Source: Verrucomicrobiia bacterium
GTDB lineage: Bacteria > Verrucomicrobiota > Verrucomicrobiia > Limisphaerales > DASXHY01
Assembly: GCA_036272195.1 (NCBI GenBank)
Contig: DATAZE010000058.1
Coordinates: 16,326 to 80,325, forward strand
Direction of reading: 5' to 3'
Length of the DNA stretch: 64,000 bases
Positions 35,101 through 44,119 of the stretch are shown here, one piece after another. A program made the translations under genes and the position numbers. The notes beneath the pieces were generated by a model. The model was not told the origin of the DNA, did no database searches, and was given only the letters and a program-made list of their open reading frames with translations. Position 1 is the stretch's first letter, and every line of letters starts with the position of its first letter.

Positions 35101-36708
35101 TCCACGAGCTGGACCTCTCCGCTGAACATAAACCTCACCGGCGTCAACGGGCCCGTCACCTTTGACACGGCGGGGAACACAGTTATCCTGTCCGGCATTT
35201 TGTCCGGCAACGGCGGCTTCACCGTGACCGGCAGCGGCGGCACGTTGGAACTGACCGCAACCAATACCTACTCGGGAAATACCACGGTCAACGCGGGCAT
35301 CTTGCAATTGGATGCCGCCGGCACCAGCCCGGGCACGATTAATCTCGCCAATGGCGCCTTCCTGAACTTGAACTTCAGCGGCAACTACACGGTCGCCCAC
35401 TGTTTCACCAACGGAGTGGCGCTTCCCAACGGCACCTATAACTCCGGCAATCTGCCCGGGTTCATTATTGGTTCCGGCAATCTGCAAGTGGCCAGCGTGG
35501 TCTTCTCCGGCCAGCCGCAGAATCAGTTGGTTTATTTGAACGGCAATTTCCATCAATCCGTGACCTTGATGACCATGACGATTGGCGGCGCAGCCACTTA
35601 TCAGTGGTACCTGAATGGAAACCCTGTCCCCGGCGCAACAGGCACCAACCTGACCTTGTCCGGATTGCAGATCACGAATGGTGGAAACTATTATGTGGTG
35701 GCGACCGGCGGTTCGGGCTCGATCACCAGCAGCGTCGCCTCCGTGACCATCTACGCAGTGAACAACAACGTCTTTGCGTATGATGGTTTTGCTTATCCCG
35801 ATTCCGTGGTGGTGGATGGCTCCAGCCAAAACGGCGGCTTCGGCTGGAACGGGCCGTGGCAACATACTGATGGAAATGGCGTCCAAATCACGCTCGGCAA
35901 TCTTATCGGCGGGGCCAATGTCCCGGCAGGTTACGATTCCCGCTCGATCAGCAATTGCATCGAGGTCCCCTCAAATGCCCAAACTCGCTCGGGCCGCTTC
36001 TTCGATTGCACCGCCGGCAGCGAATTGGCAAAACAAGGGTTCATCGATGCCAACGGAAATATTGGCGCGAACGGCAAGACCGTTTACCTGAGTTTCCTCC
36101 AGCAGGCGGATCGCACCTCCGGGTTTTATGAACTCGAGTTTCACCGCGGCAACCTCAGCGACCCCGGCCGCATGGGTGGCATTGGCAATGACACCGGCAC
36201 CGGCAATGTCAATCTCCGCGCGCCCAACGGCGTAAATAATCGCTCGCTCGGCGCCGGCACCACCGGAGTCAACTTCTACGTGGTCCGCATCGACTACAAG
36301 GCTGGCAACGATGACGTGTTTGTTTATCGCAATCCGACGTCGCTCACCGAGCCTGCCCTGCCGACATTGACCGTCTCCAACGTTGCCGACATGTCGCTCA
36401 GTGGTGTTTCTGTGGCGGCCTATAACGGCCCCGATTTGAAAACGGACGAAATCCGGTTGGGCGCCACCTGGGCGGACGCCATCGGCCTGGCCGTGTCCAA
36501 CCTGTTGCCGCCCACCAAAGTGGCCAACGGCTGGAAAGTCAGCTTCGCCGCCACGCCGGGCTATTCCTATCGCATCCAACGCGCCACCAGCCTCACCGGC
36601 CCGTGGATGGACATCGACACCGTCACCGGACCTGAGAATGGTTACGTGGAATTCGTCGACACGACGGTGCCTGTTGGCCAGTCGTTTTATCGCACCGTAA
36701 CACCTTGA
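32113..36708 (+). CDS. Giant exported autotransporter-associated beta-strand-repeat protein with Ig-like and C-terminal lectin-like domains
   Basis: 1531 aa with a signal peptide (RRIVFSLALLLSLAAAAGAQ). It contains two tandem 456-aa units (nt 32761-34128 and 34129-35496) with LTLSGTNT/LELSGANTYTGDT motifs, an Ig-like module (YQWYLNGNPVPGA) and a C-terminal domain shared with the next gene. Confidence 0.75.
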   Translation: MKAQCKFTSPNPESRHLNSREATAVLRDSTRRIVFSLALLLSLAAAAGAQTIAYFADPVATSFGGASGNPPALNIGNTFHVTGAGITVFQLGAFDWQGDGLATAHTVTLFSNQVAIASVTVPAGTAAPLVNGFRLAPLPSPITLLAGDYAVVSYQMNANDPYGDYNGDNPPGFNTGASLTRGDGIYEFTLSTTSYPPTVDTGYNFVSATFTYIDSTGVWNGAGADNNWSTSANWSNGLPAFPAVVNFAGNTRPANNNDLSGITLNGIIYDPAAGAFTLNGNDITLNGNISFGANPSTLVTQKINLNMAWNSYVNIETPANGNLMLAGNITSANGLTKIDNGTLTLSGTNTIAGAIFNGGTNIITGSTTINGTGGVFYVGSRNAAYKGTLVLQPNSSLTVIGNFGDAAVIGRDGGSGTVIQNGGTLTFTPNNNQSVFVAATGSSATRAEYHMNGGLLDMGNNRLGIGFGATLSTGMVAQVSGVITNVGHLLIPFVSGGGNGIGIYTLSGGSIYIGSGGITSDGNRHEIDLGGGTVGAYSSWTSPLSMNLTNLNGSVTFNPGGNTILLSGVLSGNGGLTVAGGGVLELSGANTYTGDTSVTSGSILQLDATGSIIGAVRLANGAQLNLNFGGTYAVGGLYTNGVALPVGTYNAGNLSGFLIGSGDLQVANNISTGLWDGGGANNNWSTGANWDQNAAPIFPLSLTFAGSTRLTNNNDLSSISVSGITFDSAAGPFELDGNDITLTGPIGFSANPPAPVTQTINFNLNWTTDETIDTPTNGNLTLGGSISSANNLTKIDAATLTLGGIDSFSGYSLNGGTNIITGQVTINGSSGHRVYLGDGQSIPNASGTLVLQNGSAFTVVGSFDDALVLGRDGGSGRVIQNGGTFTYSPANQTFLFVGATSQVGTKSEYDMNGGVFDLQGNSLGVALADGGVSSTDTVNQVGGVIDNVGTLQLGSIRATGLGIYNLVGGRINIGFGGITTSSGLYALNLGGGTVGASTSWTSPLNINLTGVNGPVTFDTAGNTVILSGILSGNGGFTVTGSGGTLELTATNTYSGNTTVNAGILQLDAAGTSPGTINLANGAFLNLNFSGNYTVAHCFTNGVALPNGTYNSGNLPGFIIGSGNLQVASVVFSGQPQNQLVYLNGNFHQSVTLMTMTIGGAATYQWYLNGNPVPGATGTNLTLSGLQITNGGNYYVVATGGSGSITSSVASVTIYAVNNNVFAYDGFAYPDSVVVDGSSQNGGFGWNGPWQHTDGNGVQITLGNLIGGANVPAGYDSRSISNCIEVPSNAQTRSGRFFDCTAGSELAKQGFIDANGNIGANGKTVYLSFLQQADRTSGFYELEFHRGNLSDPGRMGGIGNDTGTGNVNLRAPNGVNNRSLGAGTTGVNFYVVRIDYKAGNDDVFVYRNPTSLTEPALPTLTVSNVADMSLSGVSVAAYNGPDLKTDEIRLGATWADAIGLAVSNLLPPTKVANGWKVSFAATPGYSYRIQRATSLTGPWMDIDTVTGPENGYVEFVDTTVPVGQSFYRTVTP

Positions 36709-36727
36709 AAAGGGGGCTAACTAAGAT

Positions 36728-36761
36728 AGCGTTGCCGGAGGTAACACCGGCAACGCTTTTT
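36728..36761 (+). terminator. Rho-independent terminator-like hairpin
   Basis: AGCGTTGCCGG-AGGTAACA-CCGGCAACGCT followed by TTTTT, 20 nt after the stop at 36708. Confidence 0.6.
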
Positions 36762-36803
36762 ACCATCGGGCGGTCCGCCGGTTTCAAAATTCAGCTGTCG
36801 TGC

Positions 36804-39800
36804 ATGAGAAATTCGTTTTTGTTTTTGACGGCTTGCGCAACTTTGCTGCAAGTGACCCCTTCCCGCGCCGACCTGCTGGCCTATGAAGGGTTCAATTATT
36901 CCGGGCCCGCAACCAACCTCGTTGGCCTGACCGGCGGAAGCGGCTGGAACGGCGGCTGGATCAACGTGACGGGCGGCGGCACGGTGAGCCTCGGCAATCT
37001 CGCGGCGGATACCAACGCGCCTTCCAACTACGACTCGCGCTCCATCGGAAATTCCGCGTTCATCAACAACGGCAACCGCTCCGGGCGGCTCCTGGATTGC
37101 TCGGTGGGCGGCAGCTTCGGTTCGCACGGTTATGTGGATTCCAACGGCCGCATCGGCGCAAACGGTAAGACACTTTACGTCAGCTTCCTGCAGCAGCCGA
37201 ATTCCCCGATGAAATTTTATGAGTTCGAATTCCATCGCAGTGATCTAGGCGATCCGGGCCGCATCGCCGGCATCGGCAATGATTTCAATTCCACCACCGT
37301 CAACTTGCGCGCGCCCAACAGCACGCAAACACCCATCGCATGGGGCAGCACGAACGTCAGCTTTTACATCGTGCGAATCGATTTCAAACCCGGCAACGAC
37401 GACGTCTACGTCTATCGCAATCCCATCGGGAATTACGAAAGCGAAAACGAACCGGCCCTCACGATGTTATCGGTCAGCGATATGTCCTTCGACGGCATCT
37501 CGCTCGCCGCGTTTCTCAACGGCGTAACCGTACGGCATGACGAGATAAGACTCGGCGAAACCTGGGGCGATGTCTTAGGTGGCCCACCGCTCTTCGTCCT
37601 TCAACCCACCAATCAAACAGCTTACGTGGGCCAGCCCATCACGCTTTTGGCGCAGGCCAGCAGCAAGCTCCCGGTGAACTATCAGTGGTTTCGCGGAAGC
37701 AATTCTCTGCCGATAACCACCTCCAATCTCACCCTCGCCAATCCGCAATTAACCGACGCGGATAATTATTACGTCATTGCCAGCAACTCGCTGGGCATGA
37801 GCACCAGCGTCGTCGCGTCGTTAAACGTTCAATTGATCGGACTCTCGATCGCGGCTCAAACTCCCATCCTGGGGGCCGGCAGCAACCTCGTTCTCCAAGC
37901 GTCTGCCAGCGGCGCAGCGCCTCTTTTCTTCCAATGGTTCAAGGATGGGACCGCGCTTCCGGGGGGAAATGATTCGAGCCTGGTTAAAAGCAACGTCAGC
38001 ATCTTCGACGCGGGCCAATACTTTTTGATCGCCAGCAACTCTTCCGGCTCGGTCACCAGCCAGCTCATCACCGTTTATTCAAACGCCGGCGCGTTGCTGG
38101 CTTATGAGGGTTTTGATTATTCCGGCGGCTCGGGAAATCTCGCGGGGCAATCGGGCGGATTCGGTTGGGACGGTTCATGGACGAGCATCGCTGGCGGCTC
38201 GGCGAACGTTGTCGCGGGAAATCTTTCTGCTACCACCAATGGGCCTGCCGGTTTTGATTCCCACTCAGCCGGCAACAAAACCTTTCAACCGAGCGAGACC
38301 CGCAGCGGCCGCTTTTTGGAATGTTCCGCCGGCGGCATTTTTGATTCGCGCGGCTTCATCGATGCCAACGGCGATATCGGTGCGGACGGGAAGACCCTCT
38401 ACATCAGTTTCGTGCAGCAACCCGATGGAACCACCAAGTTCTACGAGTTTGAATTTCATCGCGGCGACCTCGGCGATTCAGGCCGCATCGCTGGCATCGG
38501 CAACGACACCGATGCGACCACCATTAATTTCCGCGCTCCGGACAGCAGCCAAACTTCGCTCGGCACCGGCAGCACCAGTCCCAACTTTTATATCCTCCGG
38601 ATTGATTTCAAGCCGGGCAACGACGACGTCTATGTCTATCGCAATCCCACCGCCACCAACGAGCAGGACGCCTCTCCCACTCTCATAAAACTCGCTGTCG
38701 GCGATATGTCGTTCAACGGAATCTCCTTCGGCGCGTTTGTAAATAATCGCGCGGTCACTCACGATGAGGTCCGTCTCGGCCTCTCCTGGGGCGATGTCAT
38801 CGGTAATTCCAGCTCTCGTTTGCAATTGGCCGCGCACACCACCGGTAATTCCGTCGTGCGCCTCGCCGGGTCTCCCGCGTATGCCTACCAACTCCAGGCA
38901 TCACCGGCACTTAACGGCCCCTGGACGAATGTCGCTCGATTGGTTGTGCCCTCCACCGGCACCTCGAGTTTTGCCGACACCAACGCGACCAGCCCACAGA
39001 AATTCTACCGCGCCTCCGGGGAGCCCGTTGTGTCCCGGCCGCAATCTTCGAATAACATCTACGCCGATTTTGAAGGTCCTGATTATGCCGGCTGGGTCGC
39101 CACCGGAGCCGCTTTCGGCACGCAACCGGCGCAAGGCACGTTGCCCGGCCAGATGCCCGTTTCCGGCTATCTCGGCGCCGGGTTGGTTAATTCCTATCTG
39201 AACGACGATACCTCGATCGGCACTCTCACCTCGCCGGCATTCACCATTGCTTCTCACTATCTCAATTTTCTGATCGGTGGCGGGAATCATCCGGGCCAGA
39301 CCTGCATCAACCTGCTGGTTAACGGCACCGTGGTCCGCACTGCCACTGGCTCAGACAGCGAAACGTTGACCCCCGCGCAATGGGATGTCAGCGCTTTTAT
39401 GGGGCAAACCGCCACGCTTCAAATCGTGGACCTGGCAACCGGTTCCTGGGGCCATATTCTGGTGGATCAAATCGCATTCACCGACGTTCCTTTTCCAACC
39501 AGCGCGCCGCCCTTTGTCATTACCAATTCGTTGCTCAATCTTCCGGTCAAGAACTCCGCGCCCAGCCGTCGCGTCACGCTTCTCGTCGGCACCAATGTAG
39601 CGCGCGACTTTGATATCACCCTCGCCACCGGCACGCCGGATTGGTGGGCTTTCGTCGACGTTTCCGCTTTTCAAAATCAAACCGCGACCCTGTTGCTGGA
39701 CAATAAGCCGGCAAGTTCCACGCTTTTAAACAGCCTCGTCTTTACGAATGGAATCGTGGGCGCGAGTAACCTGTATCAAGAAGCGCTCCGCCCTCAATTT

Positions 39801-41087
39801 CACTTTTCCAGCAAACGCGGCTGGCTCAATGACGCCAACGGAATGATTTTTTACCAGGGCCAATACCACCTCTACTATCAACACGATCCCTTTATTTGGG
39901 CTGGCTCCCAGAAATATTGGGGCCACGCCGTCAGCCCGGACATGGTTCACTGGCAGGAATTGCCGGAAGGCATTTATTCGCATTCCTATCATGACGACGT
40001 CTGGTCCGGCAGCGCCGTGGTCGATTCCGCCAACACCAGCGGGTTCAAGACCGGCACCAACGATGTCATCGTCGCCGCTTTCTACAGCACCGGCCGCGGC
40101 GAATGTATCACCTACAGCAATGACCGCGGCCTCACCTTCACCGATTACACCAATAACCCCGTCGTCGTGCACACAGTTGTCGGTCGCGATCCACACTTGC
40201 TCTGGTATGCGCCTTCCAATTACTGGGTGATGGCGGTTTACGACGGCACGGGCGGCAACAATATCAGTTTTTATTCCTCGCCGAACCTGAAGCAGTGGAC
40301 TTTTCACAGCAAAATCTTCGGGTTCTTTGAATGCCCGGACCTCTTTCAAATGCCCGTGGATGGCAACCTCAACAACCAGATGTGGCTCATCTGCGATGCG
40401 AGCAGCGGCTATATGCTCGGGCAATTTGACGGCGCGGTATTCACTCCCACCACCGCCAAGCTGTCCGGCAACAGCGGCTCCGCTTTTTACGCGTCGCAAA
40501 CATTTACCACCATGCCGCCCGGCGATTCGCGCCGCGTGCGCATCGGCTGGGAAATCTTTGCCACGCCCGGAATGCCGTTTAATCAGACGATGTATTTTCC
40601 AACCGAGTTTACGCTGCAAACGCTCTCCACCGGCGTGCGCCTCTGCTACCAGCCCGTCCGCGAAATTCAAAGCCTGCATCAAAACGAATACGCCTGGACC
40701 AATCTTACACTCGCCGCAGGCTCCAATCCGCTCTCCGGCATCCGCGGCACGCTGTTCGACGTGACCGCGCAAATCACCCCCGGCACCGCGCAACAAATTA
40801 CTTTTTCATTCCAGGGAATAACGGCCACCTACAACACTGCGGCCCAAACCATCTCCTGCGACGGCGTTACTAATCCGCTGCCGCTCCTGAATGGCATTGT
40901 GCAAATTCGAATTTTGGTGGACCGTGACTCCATCGAAATATTCGGCAACAACGGTCAATTGTATATGCCCCTGCCAATTCACAATCCGGTCAGCAGTTCA
41001 CTAGTCTCGCTTTCCTGCACCGGAGGCTCCGCCACCTTTAACTCGCTGGTGGTTTCGAAACTCAAATCATCGTGGCCTCAACCATGA
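36804..41087 (+). CDS. Multidomain exported glycoside hydrolase family 32 enzyme (fructan beta-fructosidase/levanase-like)
   Basis: Signal peptide MRNSFLFLTACATLLQVTPSRA. Two copies of the about 240-aa lectin-like domain plus Ig-like modules. The GH32 catalytic motifs are WLNDANG, RDP (VGRDPHLLW) and EC (FFECPDLF). Confidence 0.85.
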   Translation: MRNSFLFLTACATLLQVTPSRADLLAYEGFNYSGPATNLVGLTGGSGWNGGWINVTGGGTVSLGNLAADTNAPSNYDSRSIGNSAFINNGNRSGRLLDCSVGGSFGSHGYVDSNGRIGANGKTLYVSFLQQPNSPMKFYEFEFHRSDLGDPGRIAGIGNDFNSTTVNLRAPNSTQTPIAWGSTNVSFYIVRIDFKPGNDDVYVYRNPIGNYESENEPALTMLSVSDMSFDGISLAAFLNGVTVRHDEIRLGETWGDVLGGPPLFVLQPTNQTAYVGQPITLLAQASSKLPVNYQWFRGSNSLPITTSNLTLANPQLTDADNYYVIASNSLGMSTSVVASLNVQLIGLSIAAQTPILGAGSNLVLQASASGAAPLFFQWFKDGTALPGGNDSSLVKSNVSIFDAGQYFLIASNSSGSVTSQLITVYSNAGALLAYEGFDYSGGSGNLAGQSGGFGWDGSWTSIAGGSANVVAGNLSATTNGPAGFDSHSAGNKTFQPSETRSGRFLECSAGGIFDSRGFIDANGDIGADGKTLYISFVQQPDGTTKFYEFEFHRGDLGDSGRIAGIGNDTDATTINFRAPDSSQTSLGTGSTSPNFYILRIDFKPGNDDVYVYRNPTATNEQDASPTLIKLAVGDMSFNGISFGAFVNNRAVTHDEVRLGLSWGDVIGNSSSRLQLAAHTTGNSVVRLAGSPAYAYQLQASPALNGPWTNVARLVVPSTGTSSFADTNATSPQKFYRASGEPVVSRPQSSNNIYADFEGPDYAGWVATGAAFGTQPAQGTLPGQMPVSGYLGAGLVNSYLNDDTSIGTLTSPAFTIASHYLNFLIGGGNHPGQTCINLLVNGTVVRTATGSDSETLTPAQWDVSAFMGQTATLQIVDLATGSWGHILVDQIAFTDVPFPTSAPPFVITNSLLNLPVKNSAPSRRVTLLVGTNVARDFDITLATGTPDWWAFVDVSAFQNQTATLLLDNKPASSTLLNSLVFTNGIVGASNLYQEALRPQFHFSSKRGWLNDANGMIFYQGQYHLYYQHDPFIWAGSQKYWGHAVSPDMVHWQELPEGIYSHSYHDDVWSGSAVVDSANTSGFKTGTNDVIVAAFYSTGRGECITYSNDRGLTFTDYTNNPVVVHTVVGRDPHLLWYAPSNYWVMAVYDGTGGNNISFYSSPNLKQWTFHSKIFGFFECPDLFQMPVDGNLNNQMWLICDASSGYMLGQFDGAVFTPTTAKLSGNSGSAFYASQTFTTMPPGDSRRVRIGWEIFATPGMPFNQTMYFPTEFTLQTLSTGVRLCYQPVREIQSLHQNEYAWTNLTLAAGSNPLSGIRGTLFDVTAQITPGTAQQITFSFQGITATYNTAAQTISCDGVTNPLPLLNGIVQIRILVDRDSIEIFGNNGQLYMPLPIHNPVSSSLVSLSCTGGSATFNSLVVSKLKSSWPQP

Positions 41088-42472
41088 ACACGATCCAACC
41101 CAGCCCCAGCGCGAAGGATCCCAACACCGGTTGGCAGAGCGACCACATGACCGGCCGCATTTTCTTTTGGTCGCTGACCTCCGCTCTCGCCGGGTTTTTG
41201 TTCGGCTTTGATACCGTCGTTATTTCCGGCGCGGAACAAAAAATCCAGGCGCTTTGGGGCCTGAGCGCCGGCATGCAGGGAATCGCCATAGCTTCGGCGC
41301 TTTATGGGACCGTGGTGGGCTCCCTCTTCGGCGGCATACCCACCGACCGCCTGGGCCGGAAACCAACCCTGCTCGTCATCGGCCTGCTCTATCTCATTTC
41401 CGCCGTCTGGTCCGGCCTCGCCACTGACGTTTACTCCTTCATTATCGCGCGAACGATTGGCGGCTTGGGAATCGGCATCTCCACCGTGGCCGCTCCGCTT
41501 TACATCTCCGAAATTGCGCCCCCCAAACATCGCGGTCGCCTGGCCGGCATGTTTCAATTCAACATTGTTTTCGGAATCGTCATCGCGTTCCTCTCCAACG
41601 CTCTTCTGTCCGGCATCGGCGAGAATGCCTGGCGTTGGATGTTGGGCGTGGCTGCCTTCCCTTCGCTTCTGTACACCTTGTTTTGCCTTTATCTTCCGGA
41701 AAGCCCCCGCTGGCTGCTGACTCGCAAAGGCGACCGCAAAGCCGGTATCGCCATCCTGCACTTGATTCAACCGGATGCATCCGAATCGAATGTGAACGCC
41801 GAGGCGGATGAAATCATTTCCGCTGCCTCGCAACAAACTTCCTGCGGCCATTTCTGGAGCCGTTCCTTGCGCATTCCGATCCTGATCGCTTTCCTGGTCG
41901 CCTTTTTCAATCAACTCTCCGGCATCAATGCCATCCTGTATTTCGCGCCGCGTATTTTTGAAATGACCGGCCTCGGAGAAAAAGCCGCGCTGCTGCAATC
42001 GGTTGGCATCGGCGTCACCAACCTCATTTTCACTTTTGTCGGATTGGCGCTCATCGACAAACTCGGCCGCCGCACGTTGCTTTATATCGGCTCCTTCGGC
42101 TACATCGCCTCGCTCGGGCTCGTCTCCTGGGCCTTTTTCACCGCGCATTACAGTATCGTGCCGGTTTGCATCTTTGCCTTCATCGCGGCTCACGCGGTGG
42201 GGCAAGGCACGGTCATCTGGGTGCTGATCTCGGAAATATTTCCCAATCGCCATCGCGCCAAAGGCCAGACGCTGGGCAGCTTCACGCACTGGGTTTTTGC
42301 CGCGCTGCTCACCACTTTTTTCCCCAAGATGGTCACCGCGTTCGCTCCCGGCTATGTCTTTCTATTCTTCTGCAGCATGATGGTGCTGCAACTTATCTGG
42401 GTGAAAACGATGGTCGTGGAAACCAAGGGCGTGCCGCTGGAGCAAGTGCAGAAACGCCTCGGGATCGCCTAG
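41072..42472 (+). CDS. MFS sugar porter
   Basis: 466 aa with 12-TM-like hydropathy. Sugar-porter signatures GRKPTLL, PESPRWL and PNRHRAKG are present. It overlaps the GH32 gene end by 16 nt. Confidence 0.85.
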   Translation: MASTMNTIQPSPSAKDPNTGWQSDHMTGRIFFWSLTSALAGFLFGFDTVVISGAEQKIQALWGLSAGMQGIAIASALYGTVVGSLFGGIPTDRLGRKPTLLVIGLLYLISAVWSGLATDVYSFIIARTIGGLGIGISTVAAPLYISEIAPPKHRGRLAGMFQFNIVFGIVIAFLSNALLSGIGENAWRWMLGVAAFPSLLYTLFCLYLPESPRWLLTRKGDRKAGIAILHLIQPDASESNVNAEADEIISAASQQTSCGHFWSRSLRIPILIAFLVAFFNQLSGINAILYFAPRIFEMTGLGEKAALLQSVGIGVTNLIFTFVGLALIDKLGRRTLLYIGSFGYIASLGLVSWAFFTAHYSIVPVCIFAFIAAHAVGQGTVIWVLISEIFPNRHRAKGQTLGSFTHWVFAALLTTFFPKMVTAFAPGYVFLFFCSMMVLQLIWVKTMVVETKGVPLEQVQKRLGIA

Positions 42473-42482
42473 CCCAAGCACC

Positions 42483-44117
42483 ATGTGGTCCAAGAAACAT
42501 CTCACTCCGGTTTGGGCGGTGGTCTTGCTGGCCGTGGCGAACAGCCGTGGCGCCATCACCTTCGAATCGCTCCTGAAGGAAATGATCGACTACGATTCGG
42601 TGGCCCGCTGGCCAAATCCTGATTTCAGCTGCAAGCTGGCGAGCAGCTACGACCGTGCGACCGTGGCGCCGGACAAGCCCGGCTGGTTTGCCAACAGCGA
42701 TCAAAACCAATTCATTCGCACCGAAACGACCCAGGGCCGAACCGAGCGCGTCATGATGGATGCCGACGGACCCGGCTGCATCGTGCGCCTCTGGTTGACG
42801 ACGGATAAAAATAAAAAAGGAACCCTGCGCGTCTATTTGGATGGCGTGGAACAACCGGCGCTGACCTTTCCCGCCTACGACTTGCTCAGCGGAGACCTCC
42901 CTGTGGCCGCGCCGTTGGCCCAGCCCCATCCGGGTTACCAGCCAAATGCCGCGGGCGGCAACACGCTTTATTTGCCCATCCCCTATGCGAGGCACTGCAA
43001 AGTTACCTGGGAGGAAGCCGGCGAAGGCGCGCGCTACTACCAGATCAATTATCGCACCTATCGTGCTGGCGCCGACGTAAAAACATTCACACGCAACTCA
43101 TTGGAAACGGCCCGCCCTTTAATCGAACGCGTCAATAAAGCATTGCTGTCGCCTCCCGAAGAGGCGGAAGGTGAGAATCTGGCCACGGATTACCGCCTCG
43201 CGGGAAACGCCGCCTGTTCGTTCGATTTGCCGCCGGGACCGGCGGTGGTGCGCCAATTGAAATTATCCGTCCCGGCCGGACAGTTGAATGCCTCTGAGCG
43301 CGCATTACGTTCTTTGGTTCTCCAAATGAATTGCGACGGCGAAGCCACCGTGTGGTGCCCGGCGAGTGATTTTTTCGGCAGCGGCGTGGGATTGAACGCA
43401 GTTCAAAGCTGGTATCGCACCGTGGTTACCAATGGCTCAATGACGTGCCGCTGGCGCATGCCGTATCAGAAAAACGCGCGCATCACGCTGACCAATCTCA
43501 GCGCGCAGGATATCACTGTGGCGTTGCGCGCAAATGTTGGCTCGTGGAAGTGGGATGATCGGTCCATGCATTTCCACGCCGCGTGGCACTACGAGACCAA
43601 TCTGAAAACTTCTCCGCCTCGCGACTGGAATTTTATTTCGATCACCGGCCGAGGCGTGTACGTGGGCGACACACTGGCGTTATTTAATCCACTCGCCACC
43701 TGGTACGGCGAGGGCGACGAAAAGATTTGGGTGGACGGCGAATCGTTTCCGTCCGATCTCGGAACCGGCACCGAAGATTACTACGGTTTTTCCTACGCGC
43801 CCAAACCAGTCCACCAAACGCCGTTCTGCGGAGAGACCCGGCTCGATCAACCCATGACTCAGGGGCACAACACTCTGACTCGCACCCGAAACCTCGATGG
43901 CATACCGTTTCGTCATTCGTTTCAATTCGACATGGAATTGATCTCGTGGAAACCTGAGATGTTGACCTATGCGGCCACGACCTATTGGTATGCGTTTCCG
44001 GGTGCGTCGCCGAACATTCAACCACAATCGCGCGATGCTGCATCACCCATTCCCACACTTGCCGAGGCCATGGCTGCCTCCCACAAACCCAGTGCCATGA
44101 TTTCCCAGGAACCGTGA
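42483..44117 (+). CDS. DUF2961 / glycoside hydrolase family 172-like protein
   Basis: Signal peptide, then GPGCIVRLWLT and LGTGTEDYYGFSYAP blocks characteristic of DUF2961 as I recall them. Confidence 0.7.
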   Translation: MWSKKHLTPVWAVVLLAVANSRGAITFESLLKEMIDYDSVARWPNPDFSCKLASSYDRATVAPDKPGWFANSDQNQFIRTETTQGRTERVMMDADGPGCIVRLWLTTDKNKKGTLRVYLDGVEQPALTFPAYDLLSGDLPVAAPLAQPHPGYQPNAAGGNTLYLPIPYARHCKVTWEEAGEGARYYQINYRTYRAGADVKTFTRNSLETARPLIERVNKALLSPPEEAEGENLATDYRLAGNAACSFDLPPGPAVVRQLKLSVPAGQLNASERALRSLVLQMNCDGEATVWCPASDFFGSGVGLNAVQSWYRTVVTNGSMTCRWRMPYQKNARITLTNLSAQDITVALRANVGSWKWDDRSMHFHAAWHYETNLKTSPPRDWNFISITGRGVYVGDTLALFNPLATWYGEGDEKIWVDGESFPSDLGTGTEDYYGFSYAPKPVHQTPFCGETRLDQPMTQGHNTLTRTRNLDGIPFRHSFQFDMELISWKPEMLTYAATTYWYAFPGASPNIQPQSRDAASPIPTLAEAMAASHKPSAMISQEP

Positions 44118-44119
44118 AT

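Noticed and set aside
39726-40796. 356-aa minus-strand ORF
   Set aside because: It is antisense to the GH32 catalytic domain, whose WLNDANG/RDP/EC motifs fix the true frame.
41078-42289. 403-aa minus-strand ORF
   Set aside because: It is antisense to the MFS sugar porter, which has clear family signatures. The antisense product is Gly/Arg/Asp-rich without motifs.
43985-44119. N-terminal extension of the PfkB kinase ORF (start at 43985)
   Set aside because: The extension overlaps the 3' end of the DUF2961 gene in another frame and is Cys/His-rich nonsense. The conserved kinase sequence begins at MTMARNG (44120).
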